From Clostridiales bacterium (GTDB lineage Bacteria; Bacillota; Clostridia; Christensenellales; Aristaeellaceae), in the NCBI GenBank assembly GCA_015056155.1, contig SVGU01000002.1:4169-68168 (forward strand): 64,000 nucleotides of DNA, read 5' to 3'. The notes beneath the pieces were generated by a model. The model saw only the letters and a list, made by a program, of their open reading frames with translations, made no database searches and had not been told where the DNA came from. The translations under genes were made by a program, and so were the position numbers. How positions within the stretch are numbered: the stretch's first letter is position 1; each line of letters begins with the position of its first letter. Positions 51,841 through 61,672 of this stretch are shown piece by piece.

Positions 51841-52398
51841 TCACCTCCGGCTCTGCAGCCGCTCCACGATTTTCAGCACCCAGGGCCGGTTGTAGCGCTG
51901 GATGATCACGAACAGCAGGTCGAAGGCCGCCGCAAGGACGGAGGTAACGATGAACACCGCCGGAGCCCCCAGCCAGACAGATGCTGCCACCGGCACAAAG
52001 CTGAGCACCGCGATGACTTCGTGCACCAGCTCCGCCTGGCACATGGCCTGCGCGATCTCGTCCCACGAATGCCGGTGGCGGTCGAAGGCCTCCGGGTCGT
52101 AGGTGGGCAGGGCCGCCTTCCACTTCCCGACCTGCAGGCGGTCGTAGAGCTTTACCTCAAAGCGGTGCAGCCGGAACCAGCGGCGGCGGTAGTCCACGCG
52201 GTTGTTCAGCGTCCGGTCAAAAACGAAGCCCACCGCCAGGCGCATCAGCAGGTGGTACGCGAACGTCCCGGCCGTGATGGCCAGCGGCTCCGCATGCGCA
52301 AGGGCAAAGACCACCGTCAGCGCCGCAGAAACCAGCGCCGCGATCTTCATGCCGCGCGCCATCGGGCTGCCCCCGGGGAGATATCCGGTCTGCTTCAT
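51841..52398 (-). CDS. CrtO-like (glycosyl-4,4'-diaponeurosporenoate acyltransferase family) membrane protein
   Basis: SD AAGGAGGG. ..CQAELVHEV.. and ..FVIIQRYNRPWV.. resemble the ..AELIHW.. / ..IVQRYNRPRL.. motifs I recall from S. aureus CrtO. Confidence 0.6.
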   Translation of the reverse strand: MKQTGYLPGGSPMARGMKIAALVSAALTVVFALAHAEPLAITAGTFAYHLLMRLAVGFVFDRTLNNRVDYRRRWFRLHRFEVKLYDRLQVGKWKAALPTYDPEAFDRHRHSWDEIAQAMCQAELVHEVIAVLSFVPVAASVWLGAPAVFIVTSVLAAAFDLLFVIIQRYNRPWVLKIVERLQSRR

Positions 52399-52463
52399 CT
52401 GCCCGTCCCTCCTTTTGCAAAACAGGCTGCGGCCCCCGGAAATGCAGGAGCCGCAGCGGATGA

Positions 52464-53702
52464 TCAGTTGGATTTCATTGCCTTTTCGATCGCCTCGATG
52501 CGCTGGCTCAGCGGCGGATGGCTGTACTCCAGCGCCACCAGCAGCGCGGAGGGCGAGAGGTGGGAGAAGTTCTCCTTCGCCAGCTTCTTGAGGCCGGCGG
52601 ACAGGAACGCTCCGTAGCCCTCCTTGACCGCCTGACGGTCAGCGCGATACTCCGCATGGCGGCTGTACGCATTCATCGCCAGACCGGTCAGGGGCTGCAC
52701 CAGTCCCAGACCCACGCCCAGGAGCACAAAGGCAAAGCCGTAGTTGACCGTGCCCGCCGCGAAGCCGAAGGCGGCATGCATTTCCGGCACGCGCACGCAC
52801 AGCCAGACCGTCACAGCCATCAGCAGCAGGTTGCCGAAGTTCATGATCTGCTGCTTGAGCACGTCCTTGTGCAAGCCGTGGCCCAGCTCATGGGCGAAGA
52901 CCGCGCAGATCTCGTCCGTGGACATGGCCGCGAGCAGATTGTCATACAGCACGATGCTCTTCAGCTTGCCGAAGCCGGTGAAATAGGCGTTGAGCTTGGT
53001 GGTGCGGCGGGAGGCGTCCATCACCTCGATGGCCTTGACCTGATAGCCGTGCTTCACCAGCAGCGCCATCAGCTTCTCCTTCAGCTCGCCCTCCTCCAGC
53101 GGCACGAACTTGTTGCCCATGCGGCTGAATACCGGCCCGTAGAGGAAGGAGATCACCAGCGTCATCAGGAACACGCAGCCCGCGAACAGCAGGATGACCC
53201 AGTCGCCCATGGCCGTGTGGAGCCACGCCAGCAGGCTCATCAGGCCGACGGACAGCACCATCTCCAGCAGCAGCCCGCGGATCTGGTCCATCACGAAGGT
53301 CCGGACGGTCGAGCGGTTGAAGCCATACTTCTGCTCGATGACCATCGTGTCCACCCAGTTCAGCCCGACGTTCGCCGCCGTCTCCACCAGCGTCTGGAAC
53401 ACCAGCACCGCGATCAGCTGCAGGTACAGATTCTCCCCGAACAGCCCCGCCACCGCGGCATGGGCATTCAGGCACAGCAGCACCATCGTCACCGCATAGG
53501 AGACCAGGTTGGTCACCATGCTCAGGCGGTTCTTCTCCGCGCTGTACTTCCGCCAGCGCTGGTAGGTCTGGGCGTCGTACACGTCCGCTACGTTCGCGGG
53601 CGTGGGATTATCGGCGCTCCGGTAATGAATGATCTGCAGCAGCAGCCGGTAGCCATGCTCCAGCGTCGTCAGCAGCAGGACAAGCAGCTTCCAGTTCATC
53701 AA
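52464..53702 (-). CDS. M48-family zinc metallopeptidase (Ste24/CAAX-protease-like)
   Basis: It has multi-TM N-terminal half, HEXXH as FAHELGHGLH, and the downstream motif ..EYRADRQA.. SD AAGGAGGGG. Confidence 0.88.
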   Translation of the reverse strand: MMNWKLLVLLLTTLEHGYRLLLQIIHYRSADNPTPANVADVYDAQTYQRWRKYSAEKNRLSMVTNLVSYAVTMVLLCLNAHAAVAGLFGENLYLQLIAVLVFQTLVETAANVGLNWVDTMVIEQKYGFNRSTVRTFVMDQIRGLLLEMVLSVGLMSLLAWLHTAMGDWVILLFAGCVFLMTLVISFLYGPVFSRMGNKFVPLEEGELKEKLMALLVKHGYQVKAIEVMDASRRTTKLNAYFTGFGKLKSIVLYDNLLAAMSTDEICAVFAHELGHGLHKDVLKQQIMNFGNLLLMAVTVWLCVRVPEMHAAFGFAAGTVNYGFAFVLLGVGLGLVQPLTGLAMNAYSRHAEYRADRQAVKEGYGAFLSAGLKKLAKENFSHLSPSALLVALEYSHPPLSQRIEAIEKAMKSN

Positions 53703-53856
53703 GATCCCCTCCTTGTATTCTTTGACAGGATATCACAGTTTCCGCCCGGAGGCAAGTTAGAATTGGCTGAGAGCTGCTTCCTCATCATCAGCACTTGCAA
53801 AACCGCCCGGAACACTGTATACTGATACGCAGAGACTGCGAAGGAGGACACCCCCG

Positions 53857-55005
53857 ATGAATGTGATCGAGCGCTATGTGGAGAGAATGATGGCGGAGTC
53901 CACGCCGGACAGGCCGCTGTGGAACATCGAGAAGATCAAGGAGGGCAAGGTCAACGGCTGGAACTATATCGACGGCTGCATGATGATCGCCCTGCTGAAC
54001 CTGCACCGCATCACCGGCGAGGAGCGGTATTATACCTTCGCCGAGAACTTCCTGGATCACTATGTGTTCGAGGACGGCAGCCTCCGCGGCTTCAAAGAGG
54101 AGGACTACAACCTCGACAACATCTGCGAGGGCCGCGTGCTCTTCGACGTATACCGCATGAGCGGCAAGGAAAAGTACCGCAAGGCCATCGAGCGGCTGTA
54201 CGGGCAGATCCAGCGCCAGCCCCGCACCCACGAGGGCAATTTCTGGCACAAGGCGATCTACCCCAACCAGGTCTGGCTGGACGGTCTGTACATGGCGCAG
54301 GTGTTCTACGCCCGCTACACCATGGAAATGGAAAACGGCGCGCATGTGGAGGATATCCGCCGCCAGTTCCGGACCGTGCGCGAAAGGATGTACGACCCCG
54401 CGACCGGCCTGTACCGCCACGGCTACGACGCCGGCAAAACGGTCTTCTGGGCCGACCCGGAGACCGGCTGCTCGAAGAACCCCTGGCTGCGCAGCCTCGG
54501 CTGGTTCAGCGCCGCGCTGATCGACGTGACGGCGGAGATCGCGCAGGGCCATGAGGACTTCCGCGCCGACATGACCGCCATCGCGCAGGAGCTGGCGAAG
54601 AACCTTCTCCCCTATATCGACGAAGGGACGAGCATGCTCTGGCAGGTGCCCAACCAGGTCGGCCGCGAGGGCAACTACCCCGAGACCAGCGGCTCCGCCA
54701 TGATCGCCTACTTCTACCTCAAGGGCGCGCGGCTGGGCATGCTGGACGCCTCCTATGCGGAGGTGGGCGCAAGGATCTTCCGCGCCATCTGCGATCGCTA
54801 CCTCTCCGAAACGGACGGCAAGCTGAACCTGGGCGGCATCTGCCTCGTGGCAGGCCTCGGCCCGGAGAACAACCGCCGCCGCGACGGCAGCTACGAATAC
54901 TACATCTCCGAGCCCATCGTGGAAAACGACGCCAAGGGCCTCGCACCGTTCCTGATGTGCTACACCGAGCTGCTGCTGGGCGGCAAGGGCGACCTGATCG
55001 GATAA
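53857..55005 (+). CDS. Glycoside hydrolase family 88/105 (unsaturated glucuronyl / rhamnogalacturonyl hydrolase)
   Basis: ..WNYIDGCMM.AL..NLDNICEGRVL..HEGNFWHKAIYPNQVWLDGLYM..GSAMIAY.. Confidence 0.85.
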   Translation: MNVIERYVERMMAESTPDRPLWNIEKIKEGKVNGWNYIDGCMMIALLNLHRITGEERYYTFAENFLDHYVFEDGSLRGFKEEDYNLDNICEGRVLFDVYRMSGKEKYRKAIERLYGQIQRQPRTHEGNFWHKAIYPNQVWLDGLYMAQVFYARYTMEMENGAHVEDIRRQFRTVRERMYDPATGLYRHGYDAGKTVFWADPETGCSKNPWLRSLGWFSAALIDVTAEIAQGHEDFRADMTAIAQELAKNLLPYIDEGTSMLWQVPNQVGREGNYPETSGSAMIAYFYLKGARLGMLDASYAEVGARIFRAICDRYLSETDGKLNLGGICLVAGLGPENNRRRDGSYEYYISEPIVENDAKGLAPFLMCYTELLLGGKGDLIG

Positions 55006-55023
55006 CAGCTCCCCATAGACACG

Positions 55024-55068
55024 AAGGACTCCCCCGGACGCGGCTGACGCGCCTGAGGGAGTCCTTTT
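55024..55068 (+). terminator. Intrinsic terminator after the GH88/105 gene
   Basis: AAGGACTCCC (55024-55033) pairs with GGGAGTCCTT (55057-55066), followed by TTG. Confidence 0.65.
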
Positions 55069-55131
55069 GCATCCCCACCACCTGTCGCAAACGAAAGGAC
55101 CCCAGCCGTCTCGCAGCCGGGATCCGGAAAA

Positions 55132-56526
55132 TCAGTGGGACTTGTGGAAGATCAGGCGCTCGTAACGCTCCACATCGGCGTTGCGGGTCATGATCTCCAG
55201 CTCCTCGTCGCCCATGACGGTGTTACGGCCGTTGGCATACTGCTCCGCAACCATCTCGCGCACCGCGACCACCAGCGGATCGTTCTTGTCGATCACGTGG
55301 CTGCCGGTGAGGCGGAAGTAGCCGTTCATCCAGTGCGCCACGCCCGCCAAACCGGAGGTCGCATCCACCGCCACCATCGCCGGACGGTTCAGGATCGCCT
55401 TGGTGTCGAAGATGTTGTAGATCTCCTCGTCCTTGAGCAGGCCGTCGGCATGGATACCCGCGCGGGTGACGTTGAAGTGGCGGCCGACGAAGGGCTGGCG
55501 GGGGCTGATCTCCAGACCGATCTCGCGCTCCATGTAGTCCGCCATGTCGGTGATGGCGGAGAGGTCCATGCCGTCGGTGGTGCCGCGCAGGCTGGCGTAT
55601 TCGATCGCCATGGCCTCCAGGGGGCAGTTGCCCGTGCGCTCGCCGATGCCAAGGATGGAGCAGTTGATGGAGGAGCAGCCGTACAGCCACGCCGTCGCGG
55701 CGTTGGTGACGACCTTGTAGAAGTCGTTGTGGCCGTGCCATTCGAGCATATCCGCCGGGACGCCGGCATAGTGGCGCAGGCCGTAGATGATGCCGGGGAC
55801 GGAGCGGGGCGTGGCGGCGCCGTAGTAGCTGACGCCGTAGCCCATGGTGTCGCAGGCGCGGATCTTGATGGGGATGCCCGCCTCCCGGGAGAGCTTCATC
55901 AGCTCCTCAGCGAAGGGAAGGACAAAGCCGTAGAAGTCCGCGCGGGTGATGTCCTCAAAGTGGCAGCGGGGCTTGATGCCGCGGTCCAGCGCCGCCTTGA
56001 CGATGCCCAGATACTTGTCGCGGGCCTTGCCGCGGGTCAGCTTCATCTTGTTGAAGATGTGGTAGTCCGAGCAGGAGACGAGGATACCGGTCTCCTCGAT
56101 GCCCTCGTTCTTGACCAGCTCGAAATCCTTCTCGTTCGCGCGGATCCACGTGGTGATCTGCGGGAACTTCAGCCCCAGATCCTGACAGGCATGGAGCGCC
56201 GCGCGGTCCTTCTCCGTATAGACGAAGAACTCGGACTGGCGCACCAGACCCTTGGGGCCGCCCAGACGGCTCATCAGCTTGAACAGATGCACGATCTGGT
56301 CGACCGTGAAGGGGCTGACAGACTGCTGGCCGTCGCGGAAGGTAGTGTCCGTCATCCAGATCTCCTCCGGCATATCCGGCGGAACGTGACGCATGTTGAA
56401 TGCGATCTTGGGCACAGACTTATAATCGAAGACTTCCCGATAAAGGTTAGGCTCTGCCACATCCTGCAGCTCGTACTGATAACGCGCCTGCATGAGCAGA
56501 TTCTGCTTCTCGTCAAATTTCAGCAT
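55132..56526 (-). CDS. Isopropylmalate/homocitrate synthase-family enzyme, probable Re-citrate synthase
   Basis: ..MTDTTFRDGQQS.. and ..WHGHNDFY..AT..A...G (DRE-TIM metallolyase). The size and N-terminus resemble the clostridial Re-citrate synthases as I recall them. Confidence 0.75.
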   Translation of the reverse strand: MLKFDEKQNLLMQARYQYELQDVAEPNLYREVFDYKSVPKIAFNMRHVPPDMPEEIWMTDTTFRDGQQSVSPFTVDQIVHLFKLMSRLGGPKGLVRQSEFFVYTEKDRAALHACQDLGLKFPQITTWIRANEKDFELVKNEGIEETGILVSCSDYHIFNKMKLTRGKARDKYLGIVKAALDRGIKPRCHFEDITRADFYGFVLPFAEELMKLSREAGIPIKIRACDTMGYGVSYYGAATPRSVPGIIYGLRHYAGVPADMLEWHGHNDFYKVVTNAATAWLYGCSSINCSILGIGERTGNCPLEAMAIEYASLRGTTDGMDLSAITDMADYMEREIGLEISPRQPFVGRHFNVTRAGIHADGLLKDEEIYNIFDTKAILNRPAMVAVDATSGLAGVAHWMNGYFRLTGSHVIDKNDPLVVAVREMVAEQYANGRNTVMGDEELEIMTRNADVERYERLIFHKSH

Positions 56527-56654
56527 CGTGGATCCCTCCTCGTTCAGAAATAGTGCGGGTCCTGACCATCATTTTTCCCGGGAGACCGCCAAATCGCGCC
56601 CTATCTCCCCGGCCGGCACCGCGCAACTCCAGCGCGGCTCGCCTGTCGCGAGCC

Positions 56655-56935
56655 GTGCGACGCTCAACCATGCCAAACAAACACGCGACTCAGCCCAAGG
56701 CCGAAGGCGCTCAGCCCAATCGCAAGCCGCCCCGCCGGGGGCTCCCCGGCCGACCCCGTGCGACGCTCAACCATGCCAAACAAACACGCGACTCAGCCCA
56801 TGACCGGAGGCGCTTAACCCCATCGCGAGCCGCCCCGCCGGGGGCTCCCCGGCCGACCCCGTGCGACGCTCAACCATACCAAACAAACACGCGACTCAGC
56901 CCAAGGCCGAAGGCGCTCAACCCAATCGCGAGCCG
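56655..56935. repeat. Tandem direct repeat, 103-bp unit, about 2.7 copies, non-coding
   Basis: GTGCGACGCTCAACCAT.CCAAACAAACACGCGACTCAGCCCA.. starts at 56655, 56758 and 56861. The sub-motif CAGCCCAAGGCCGAAGGCGCTCAGCCCAATCGC is related to the 6118-6435 unit. Confidence 0.9.
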
Positions 56936-56953
56936 GGTCCAGCGGCACGCTGG

Positions 56954-58168
56954 TTACCAGGGGGTGTCGGTCAGCTCGGTGACGAACTGCTCGATGCGGT
57001 TCAGGCCTTCCATGCACAGGTCCTTGGCCACCGCGTAGGACAGGCGGCAGAAGCCCTCGGCCTCGAAGGCGCTGCCGGGAACCACCGCCACGTGCTGCTC
57101 AGCCAGCAGCAGCTCGGCGAAGGTCTTGCTCGTCTCGATCACACGGCCATGATAGCTCTTGCCGAGGATCTGCTTGATGTTGAGCATGATGTAGAACGCG
57201 CCCTGCGGCTTGCGGCAGGACAGGCCGGGAATCTGGTTGATGCGCTCCACCATCGCGTCGCGGCGGGCCTGGAACTCATCGACCATCGCCTGGATGCAGC
57301 TCTGATCCTCGTTCTGCAGCGCCTTCATCGCCGCATACTGGGCGATGGAGTTGGCGTTGGAGGTGGCGTGGGACTGGAAGCTCGCCATCGCCTTGATCTC
57401 CTGCAGAGGGCCGGCCACATAGCCGATGCGCCAGCCGGTCATCGCATACGCCTTGGACATGCCGTTGACGACAAAGGTCTGGTTCTTGATCGTCTCGCCG
57501 ATGTTGGCGATGGAGAAATGCTTCTCACCATCGTAGATCAGCTTCTCGTAGATCTCGTCCGACACCACATAGAAGGGGTGGCTCACGGCAAGATCCGCCA
57601 CGAACTGCAGCTTCTCCCTCGGCCAGACGCTGCCGTTGGGGTTGGAGGGGCTGGTGATGATCATCGCCTTGGTGCGGCGGGTCACGCGGGATGCGATATC
57701 GCGCTTGTGGGGGATGAAGTTGGTGGACTCATCCGTGGGGATGAACACCGGCACGCCGCCCGCCATGCGCACCATCTCCGGGTAGGACACCCAGCAGGGC
57801 GTGGGGATCAGCACCTCGTCGCCCGGATCGATGATGGCCTGGAACACATTGTACAGGCTGTGCTTCGCGCCGGAGGAAACGACGATGTCCTGGGGCTTGT
57901 AGTACAGGTCGTTGTCGCGCTCAAGCTTGTCACAGATGGCCTTGCGCAGCTCATAGGTGCCGGAGGCGGGCGTATAGCGCGTCATGCCCTTATCCAGCGC
58001 TTCCTTTGCCGCGTCCAGAATGTACTGGGGCGTGGGGAAGTCCGGCTCGCCAACGCCAAAGCCGATCACGTCCACCCCGCGGGACCTCATTTCCTTCGCA
58101 CGCGCGTCGATCGCCAGCGTGGGAGAGGGAGAAATGCTCTGACAGCGATGAGAAACGGTAAGTGCCAT
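56954..58168 (-). CDS. Aspartate/aromatic aminotransferase (class I PLP-dependent)
   Basis: Start moved to ATG 58168 (AGGAGG upstream). ..GVGEPDFPTP..YTPASG..SPSNPNGSV..NGMSKAYAMTGWRIGY.. The track ORF has a false 42-aa N-terminal extension. Confidence 0.92.
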   Translation of the reverse strand: MALTVSHRCQSISPSPTLAIDARAKEMRSRGVDVIGFGVGEPDFPTPQYILDAAKEALDKGMTRYTPASGTYELRKAICDKLERDNDLYYKPQDIVVSSGAKHSLYNVFQAIIDPGDEVLIPTPCWVSYPEMVRMAGGVPVFIPTDESTNFIPHKRDIASRVTRRTKAMIITSPSNPNGSVWPREKLQFVADLAVSHPFYVVSDEIYEKLIYDGEKHFSIANIGETIKNQTFVVNGMSKAYAMTGWRIGYVAGPLQEIKAMASFQSHATSNANSIAQYAAMKALQNEDQSCIQAMVDEFQARRDAMVERINQIPGLSCRKPQGAFYIMLNIKQILGKSYHGRVIETSKTFAELLLAEQHVAVVPGSAFEAEGFCRLSYAVAKDLCMEGLNRIEQFVTELTDTPW

Positions 58169-58273
58169 GGTCGGATGCCTCCTGCAATGCTTCTTTATTC
58201 CGGCTGCATATCCGTCGTGCCCGGCCTTCATCCCGGCACGCGGAAGCGGCAGTAATTTGCGGTAACATCCCCT

Positions 58274-58302
58274 ATTATATGCGTTCCGCCAGCTCAAATC
58301 AA
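58274..58302 (-). promoter_or_regulatory. Sigma-70 promoter candidate for the aminotransferase gene
   Basis: On the minus strand: TTGATT (58302-58297), 17-nt spacer, TATAAT (58279-58274). Confidence 0.55.
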
Positions 58303-58344
58303 TAGCAAATGCAGAAAAAATGCATCATATAAACATACATCCTG

Positions 58345-58391
58345 CAAAAATCCCCCGGCCGGAATCGGCATAAACCGTTTTCCGCCGGGGG
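58345..58391 (-). terminator. Intrinsic terminator after the DUF975 gene
   Basis: On the minus strand: CCCCCGGC..GCCGGGGG followed by ATTTTTG. Confidence 0.6.
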
Positions 58392-58441
58392 TGATATGCA
58401 TATTGGACGGCAACTTCCGTCATTTTGACATCCGTTCGGGA

Positions 58442-59431
58442 TCAGTTGAGCATGCCGTCGGCGTCCTCGGGGACCTGCTCCACCGCGTCGCCCAGCTTAT
58501 CCGCGTAAGCAAGGTAGAAGATGACCTGCGCCGTGCTGATATAGACGGACAGGAGCAGGTTTGCCATCATGCCCACCGCGCTGCCGATCACCGTACCGAG
58601 CATCAGGGTCGCCATCAGCAGCACCAGCGTGGACAGCAGGTGCCACCCGATGAAGGAAACCTCCAGGAAGAAATACTCCATCTTGCGATGGCGCATGACC
58701 TGCCAGCTGGCCCGGATGCAGGCATTGACGCTCAGGGACGGATCCTCCGCCAGCGCGATGGGCGCGAGGCAGTAGTGCATCATCGCCCGAATCCCCAGCA
58801 CCAGCGACACAGCCATGCCGACCAGCATCAGCAGCAGGGAGATCATCACCGACGTGACCGTGGGCTGGATCATCACCGGGAGCAGCCCGGCGAACATGAC
58901 CGCCATGCCCGGCAGCATCCACGCATACATGCGCACCAGCGTCCACAGCTGCAGCAGCAGCGCCTTGGGGGAATAGCGGAGCATGCGCAGCGCCCCCGCC
59001 AGAGAGACCTCCTCCCGGCGCACGGCGCTGATCAGCGAATGGGTCAAAAGGATCGACAGCGCCGGGGTCAGCAGCAGATTCAGAAGCATCATGGGAATGA
59101 AGATCTGCCCCTTTTCCTGCATGAAGGTCATCAGGGCGGTGTTCATTTCCTCGCTGTACGCCTCCGTGACGTCGCTGCTGCCGGCATCCTTGTCAAGGCC
59201 GAACAGCCCTGCGTCGCCCGTAGTCATGTACTTCGTCAGCTTATCCGTGACGGGCTGCATGTACAGGGTCGGGTCCGCGCCGGTCACCTGCGTCACCGTG
59301 CTGCTGATCAGCTCCGGCAGGGACGCGATCAGCGCGATCACCACCAGCACGGACATCAGCGGCTTGATCACCACCATCGCCAGGCGGCGGAACTCAAAGC
59401 TCGTGATCTGCTTTTTCATATTCGGATTCAT
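58442..59431 (-). CDS. DUF975-family integral membrane protein (paralogue of 25957..26778)
   Basis: 329 aa, multi-TM, with ..RHRKMEYFFLEVSFIGWHLLS... Confidence 0.75.
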   Translation of the reverse strand: MNPNMKKQITSFEFRRLAMVVIKPLMSVLVVIALIASLPELISSTVTQVTGADPTLYMQPVTDKLTKYMTTGDAGLFGLDKDAGSSDVTEAYSEEMNTALMTFMQEKGQIFIPMMLLNLLLTPALSILLTHSLISAVRREEVSLAGALRMLRYSPKALLLQLWTLVRMYAWMLPGMAVMFAGLLPVMIQPTVTSVMISLLLMLVGMAVSLVLGIRAMMHYCLAPIALAEDPSLSVNACIRASWQVMRHRKMEYFFLEVSFIGWHLLSTLVLLMATLMLGTVIGSAVGMMANLLLSVYISTAQVIFYLAYADKLGDAVEQVPEDADGMLN

Positions 59432-60980
59432 GCTCCTTCTCTTCCTTTCCTGCCGCTTGGGCAGATACTGCCTCCCGGTGCGCCAGCTGCCCCGTCAGCA
59501 TGCCCAGCGCCGCCCAGAACATCGGCGTCACCAGACAGATGCTGAAGGTGAACATCCCCTGCACCAGATAACACACGACCGCCAGCAGCAGCGGCAGCAC
59601 CGCCGCATCCCGCTGCGCGCGGCCCGTGCCCGCGATCACCGCGCCCGCGCACAGCACCAGGAACATCACCGCCGCCGGCAGCCCGCTCCCCGCCAGTACG
59701 CCCAGCACCAGATTGTGCGGATTGTCAAACCGCTGCACGAGGCTCTGCTCCGTGCGCCACAGGTGGTCCTCCATCGCGTAGAGGAAGGTGTCCGGGCCCG
59801 TGCCCCACAGGAGGTTTTCCCGGCTCATCTCCAGCGTCAGCCGCCATACGCCGATGCGCTCGGAGCCGAAGGCGTCCTGCGCCCGGCCGTGGAGGATCTC
59901 CTGCAGCTCCCACAGGCCGTTGCCCGCCGGAATGGGCAGGACATAGACCGCCGCCGTCACCAGCACGATCAGCCCGATGCCGACCGCCGCCGTCATGACC
60001 GGCGGGAGCGCCCGCCCCCGATGGCGGTGCAGCACCGCCGCCAGCCCTGCCAGCGCCACGCCCAGCGCCGCCGGAAGCAGCTTCCACCAGCGCATGTCGT
60101 GCAGGAAGGTCACCTCTTCCGTGCCGTCCAGCCAGGGCAGGCCCGTCAGCAGCCGGACGCTGAGCAGCATCAGCGTTCCGCCGAGGATCAGCAGCACCCG
60201 CCAGCGGCTCCCGGGGATCCGCAGCGCCCACAGCACCAGCGCAAACAGCAGCGCCGCCAGCGCGATCAGCCCGCACTGCACCTCAATCATCAGCGTCAGC
60301 AGCACACCGGCCAGCCCCGCCGCCAGCCACAGCCAGCGCGGCCTCTCCAGCGCCGCGAAGCCGCCCAGCACCGCCGGCGCGGCAAGGAACACATACCCCA
60401 CCACCATGTCGATATTGCCGATGGTGCCCTGGAATTCATAATTCGTGTGGATGCTCGTGCCCGCCGGGAACAGCTCCAGCACGTTCACCCCGAGGTACTG
60501 CGCCACGACGATCCCCGCATAGACCAGCAGCGTGTACGCCGCCGCATCCAGCAGCGGCCGCACGCGCGCCCCTGTCAGGCTCATGATCAGGAAGATCAGC
60601 CCGTAGCAGCCCTGCGTGATCAGCCCCTCATAGCGCTTTGCGCCGTAGAGGACCGTCAGCTGCCCGGCGTCGTTGCTGCAGTCCGCCCATGAGCCGAAGG
60701 CCGCCGACAGCGCCACCAGCCCGAAATACGCCAGCGCCGCCCCATGCATCCACGTCAGACGCACCTGCCGCCGCAGCTCCCGCCGGGACGCCATCGTCCC
60801 CAGCATATGCAGCCCGGCCACGACCGTCACACCCGTCAGCAGCAGCATGCCCAGCCACTTCGACCGGGTGATGCGCGAATAGCTGCCGTCCTGCCACAGG
60901 GGGAACAGCGCCAGCCACACCATGCCCAGCACCGTCGTGACCCACTGGGACCAGTGCGTCCGTTCTTCCGTTTTCGTCAT
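59394..60980 (-). CDS. O-antigen ligase/polymerase-like (Wzy_C) membrane protein
   Basis: 528 aa with more than 10 TM segments and ..FDNPHNLVLGVLAGSGLPAAVMFL.. The 3' end overlaps the next gene by 38 nt. Confidence 0.8.
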   Translation of the reverse strand: MTKTEERTHWSQWVTTVLGMVWLALFPLWQDGSYSRITRSKWLGMLLLTGVTVVAGLHMLGTMASRRELRRQVRLTWMHGAALAYFGLVALSAAFGSWADCSNDAGQLTVLYGAKRYEGLITQGCYGLIFLIMSLTGARVRPLLDAAAYTLLVYAGIVVAQYLGVNVLELFPAGTSIHTNYEFQGTIGNIDMVVGYVFLAAPAVLGGFAALERPRWLWLAAGLAGVLLTLMIEVQCGLIALAALLFALVLWALRIPGSRWRVLLILGGTLMLLSVRLLTGLPWLDGTEEVTFLHDMRWWKLLPAALGVALAGLAAVLHRHRGRALPPVMTAAVGIGLIVLVTAAVYVLPIPAGNGLWELQEILHGRAQDAFGSERIGVWRLTLEMSRENLLWGTGPDTFLYAMEDHLWRTEQSLVQRFDNPHNLVLGVLAGSGLPAAVMFLVLCAGAVIAGTGRAQRDAAVLPLLLAVVCYLVQGMFTFSICLVTPMFWAALGMLTGQLAHREAVSAQAAGKEEKEHESEYEKADHEL

Positions 60981-61104
60981 CGGCTGCGCCTCCCCTTCTG
61001 CTTCTTCCTGTTGGATACGATAGCATAATTATGCCTGTGTTGCAAGGGGGCACATCTGCAATTCATGATACCCCTCCTGCGTGAATTCCGAATGAACTCG
61101 CCCC

Positions 61105-61133
61105 TTGACATGCCCCCGCACCCGTGCTATCCT
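61105..61133 (+). promoter_or_regulatory. Sigma-70 promoter candidate
   Basis: TTGACA (61105-61110), 17-nt spacer, TGc-TATCCT (61125-61133). Confidence 0.45.
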
Positions 61134-61163
61134 GCAACCAAATCCACCAGGGAGGGAGCAGCC

Positions 61164-61628
61164 ATGCAAAGCATCACCTATTACCGCCCCGGCGCCCGTT
61201 GGCTTGGTCTTGCGGGCAGCGCGATCTGCCTCGTCTGCCTGATTGCCGCAGCGGTCGCTATCGCGCAGGGGAACGCCGTCCTTCTGCTGGGGATCAGCGT
61301 CCTCTTTCTGATGGGATCGCTGCTGCTGACATGCGCGTTCATTGAACGCCGCGGCACGCTTACCCTCACAGAGGACTCGATCATCATCCGCTGCCCTGTC
61401 TTTGACGCAAGCCCCGAGGCTCGCCGCCGTCTGCGTAAGGGCCTGCCCTACCAGGACATCCGCAGCATGGTCGTCAGTGATTATCCGGGCGACGGAATCA
61501 CCTCCGGGGATTCCCGGCTCTGCCGTTTCCATCTGCGGGAAGGCGGGAAGTTCAGCGCATATTTCTATCACTTCGGCAAAGAGGCAGAGCAGGAGATCAT
61601 CGACGAGCTGCATCGCCGTATCAAGTGA
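61164..61628 (+). CDS. Membrane-anchored hypothetical protein (two TM segments plus small soluble, bPH-like domain)
   Basis: Start moved to ATG 61164 (GGGAGGGAG upstream). Translation: MQSITYYRPGARWLGLAGSAICLVCLIAAAV.. Confidence 0.6.
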   Translation: MQSITYYRPGARWLGLAGSAICLVCLIAAAVAIAQGNAVLLLGISVLFLMGSLLLTCAFIERRGTLTLTEDSIIIRCPVFDASPEARRRLRKGLPYQDIRSMVVSDYPGDGITSGDSRLCRFHLREGGKFSAYFYHFGKEAEQEIIDELHRRIK

Positions 61629-61672
61629 GAAAAAGAGGAAGCAGGTTCTTTGCCTGACTTCCTCTTTCGCAT

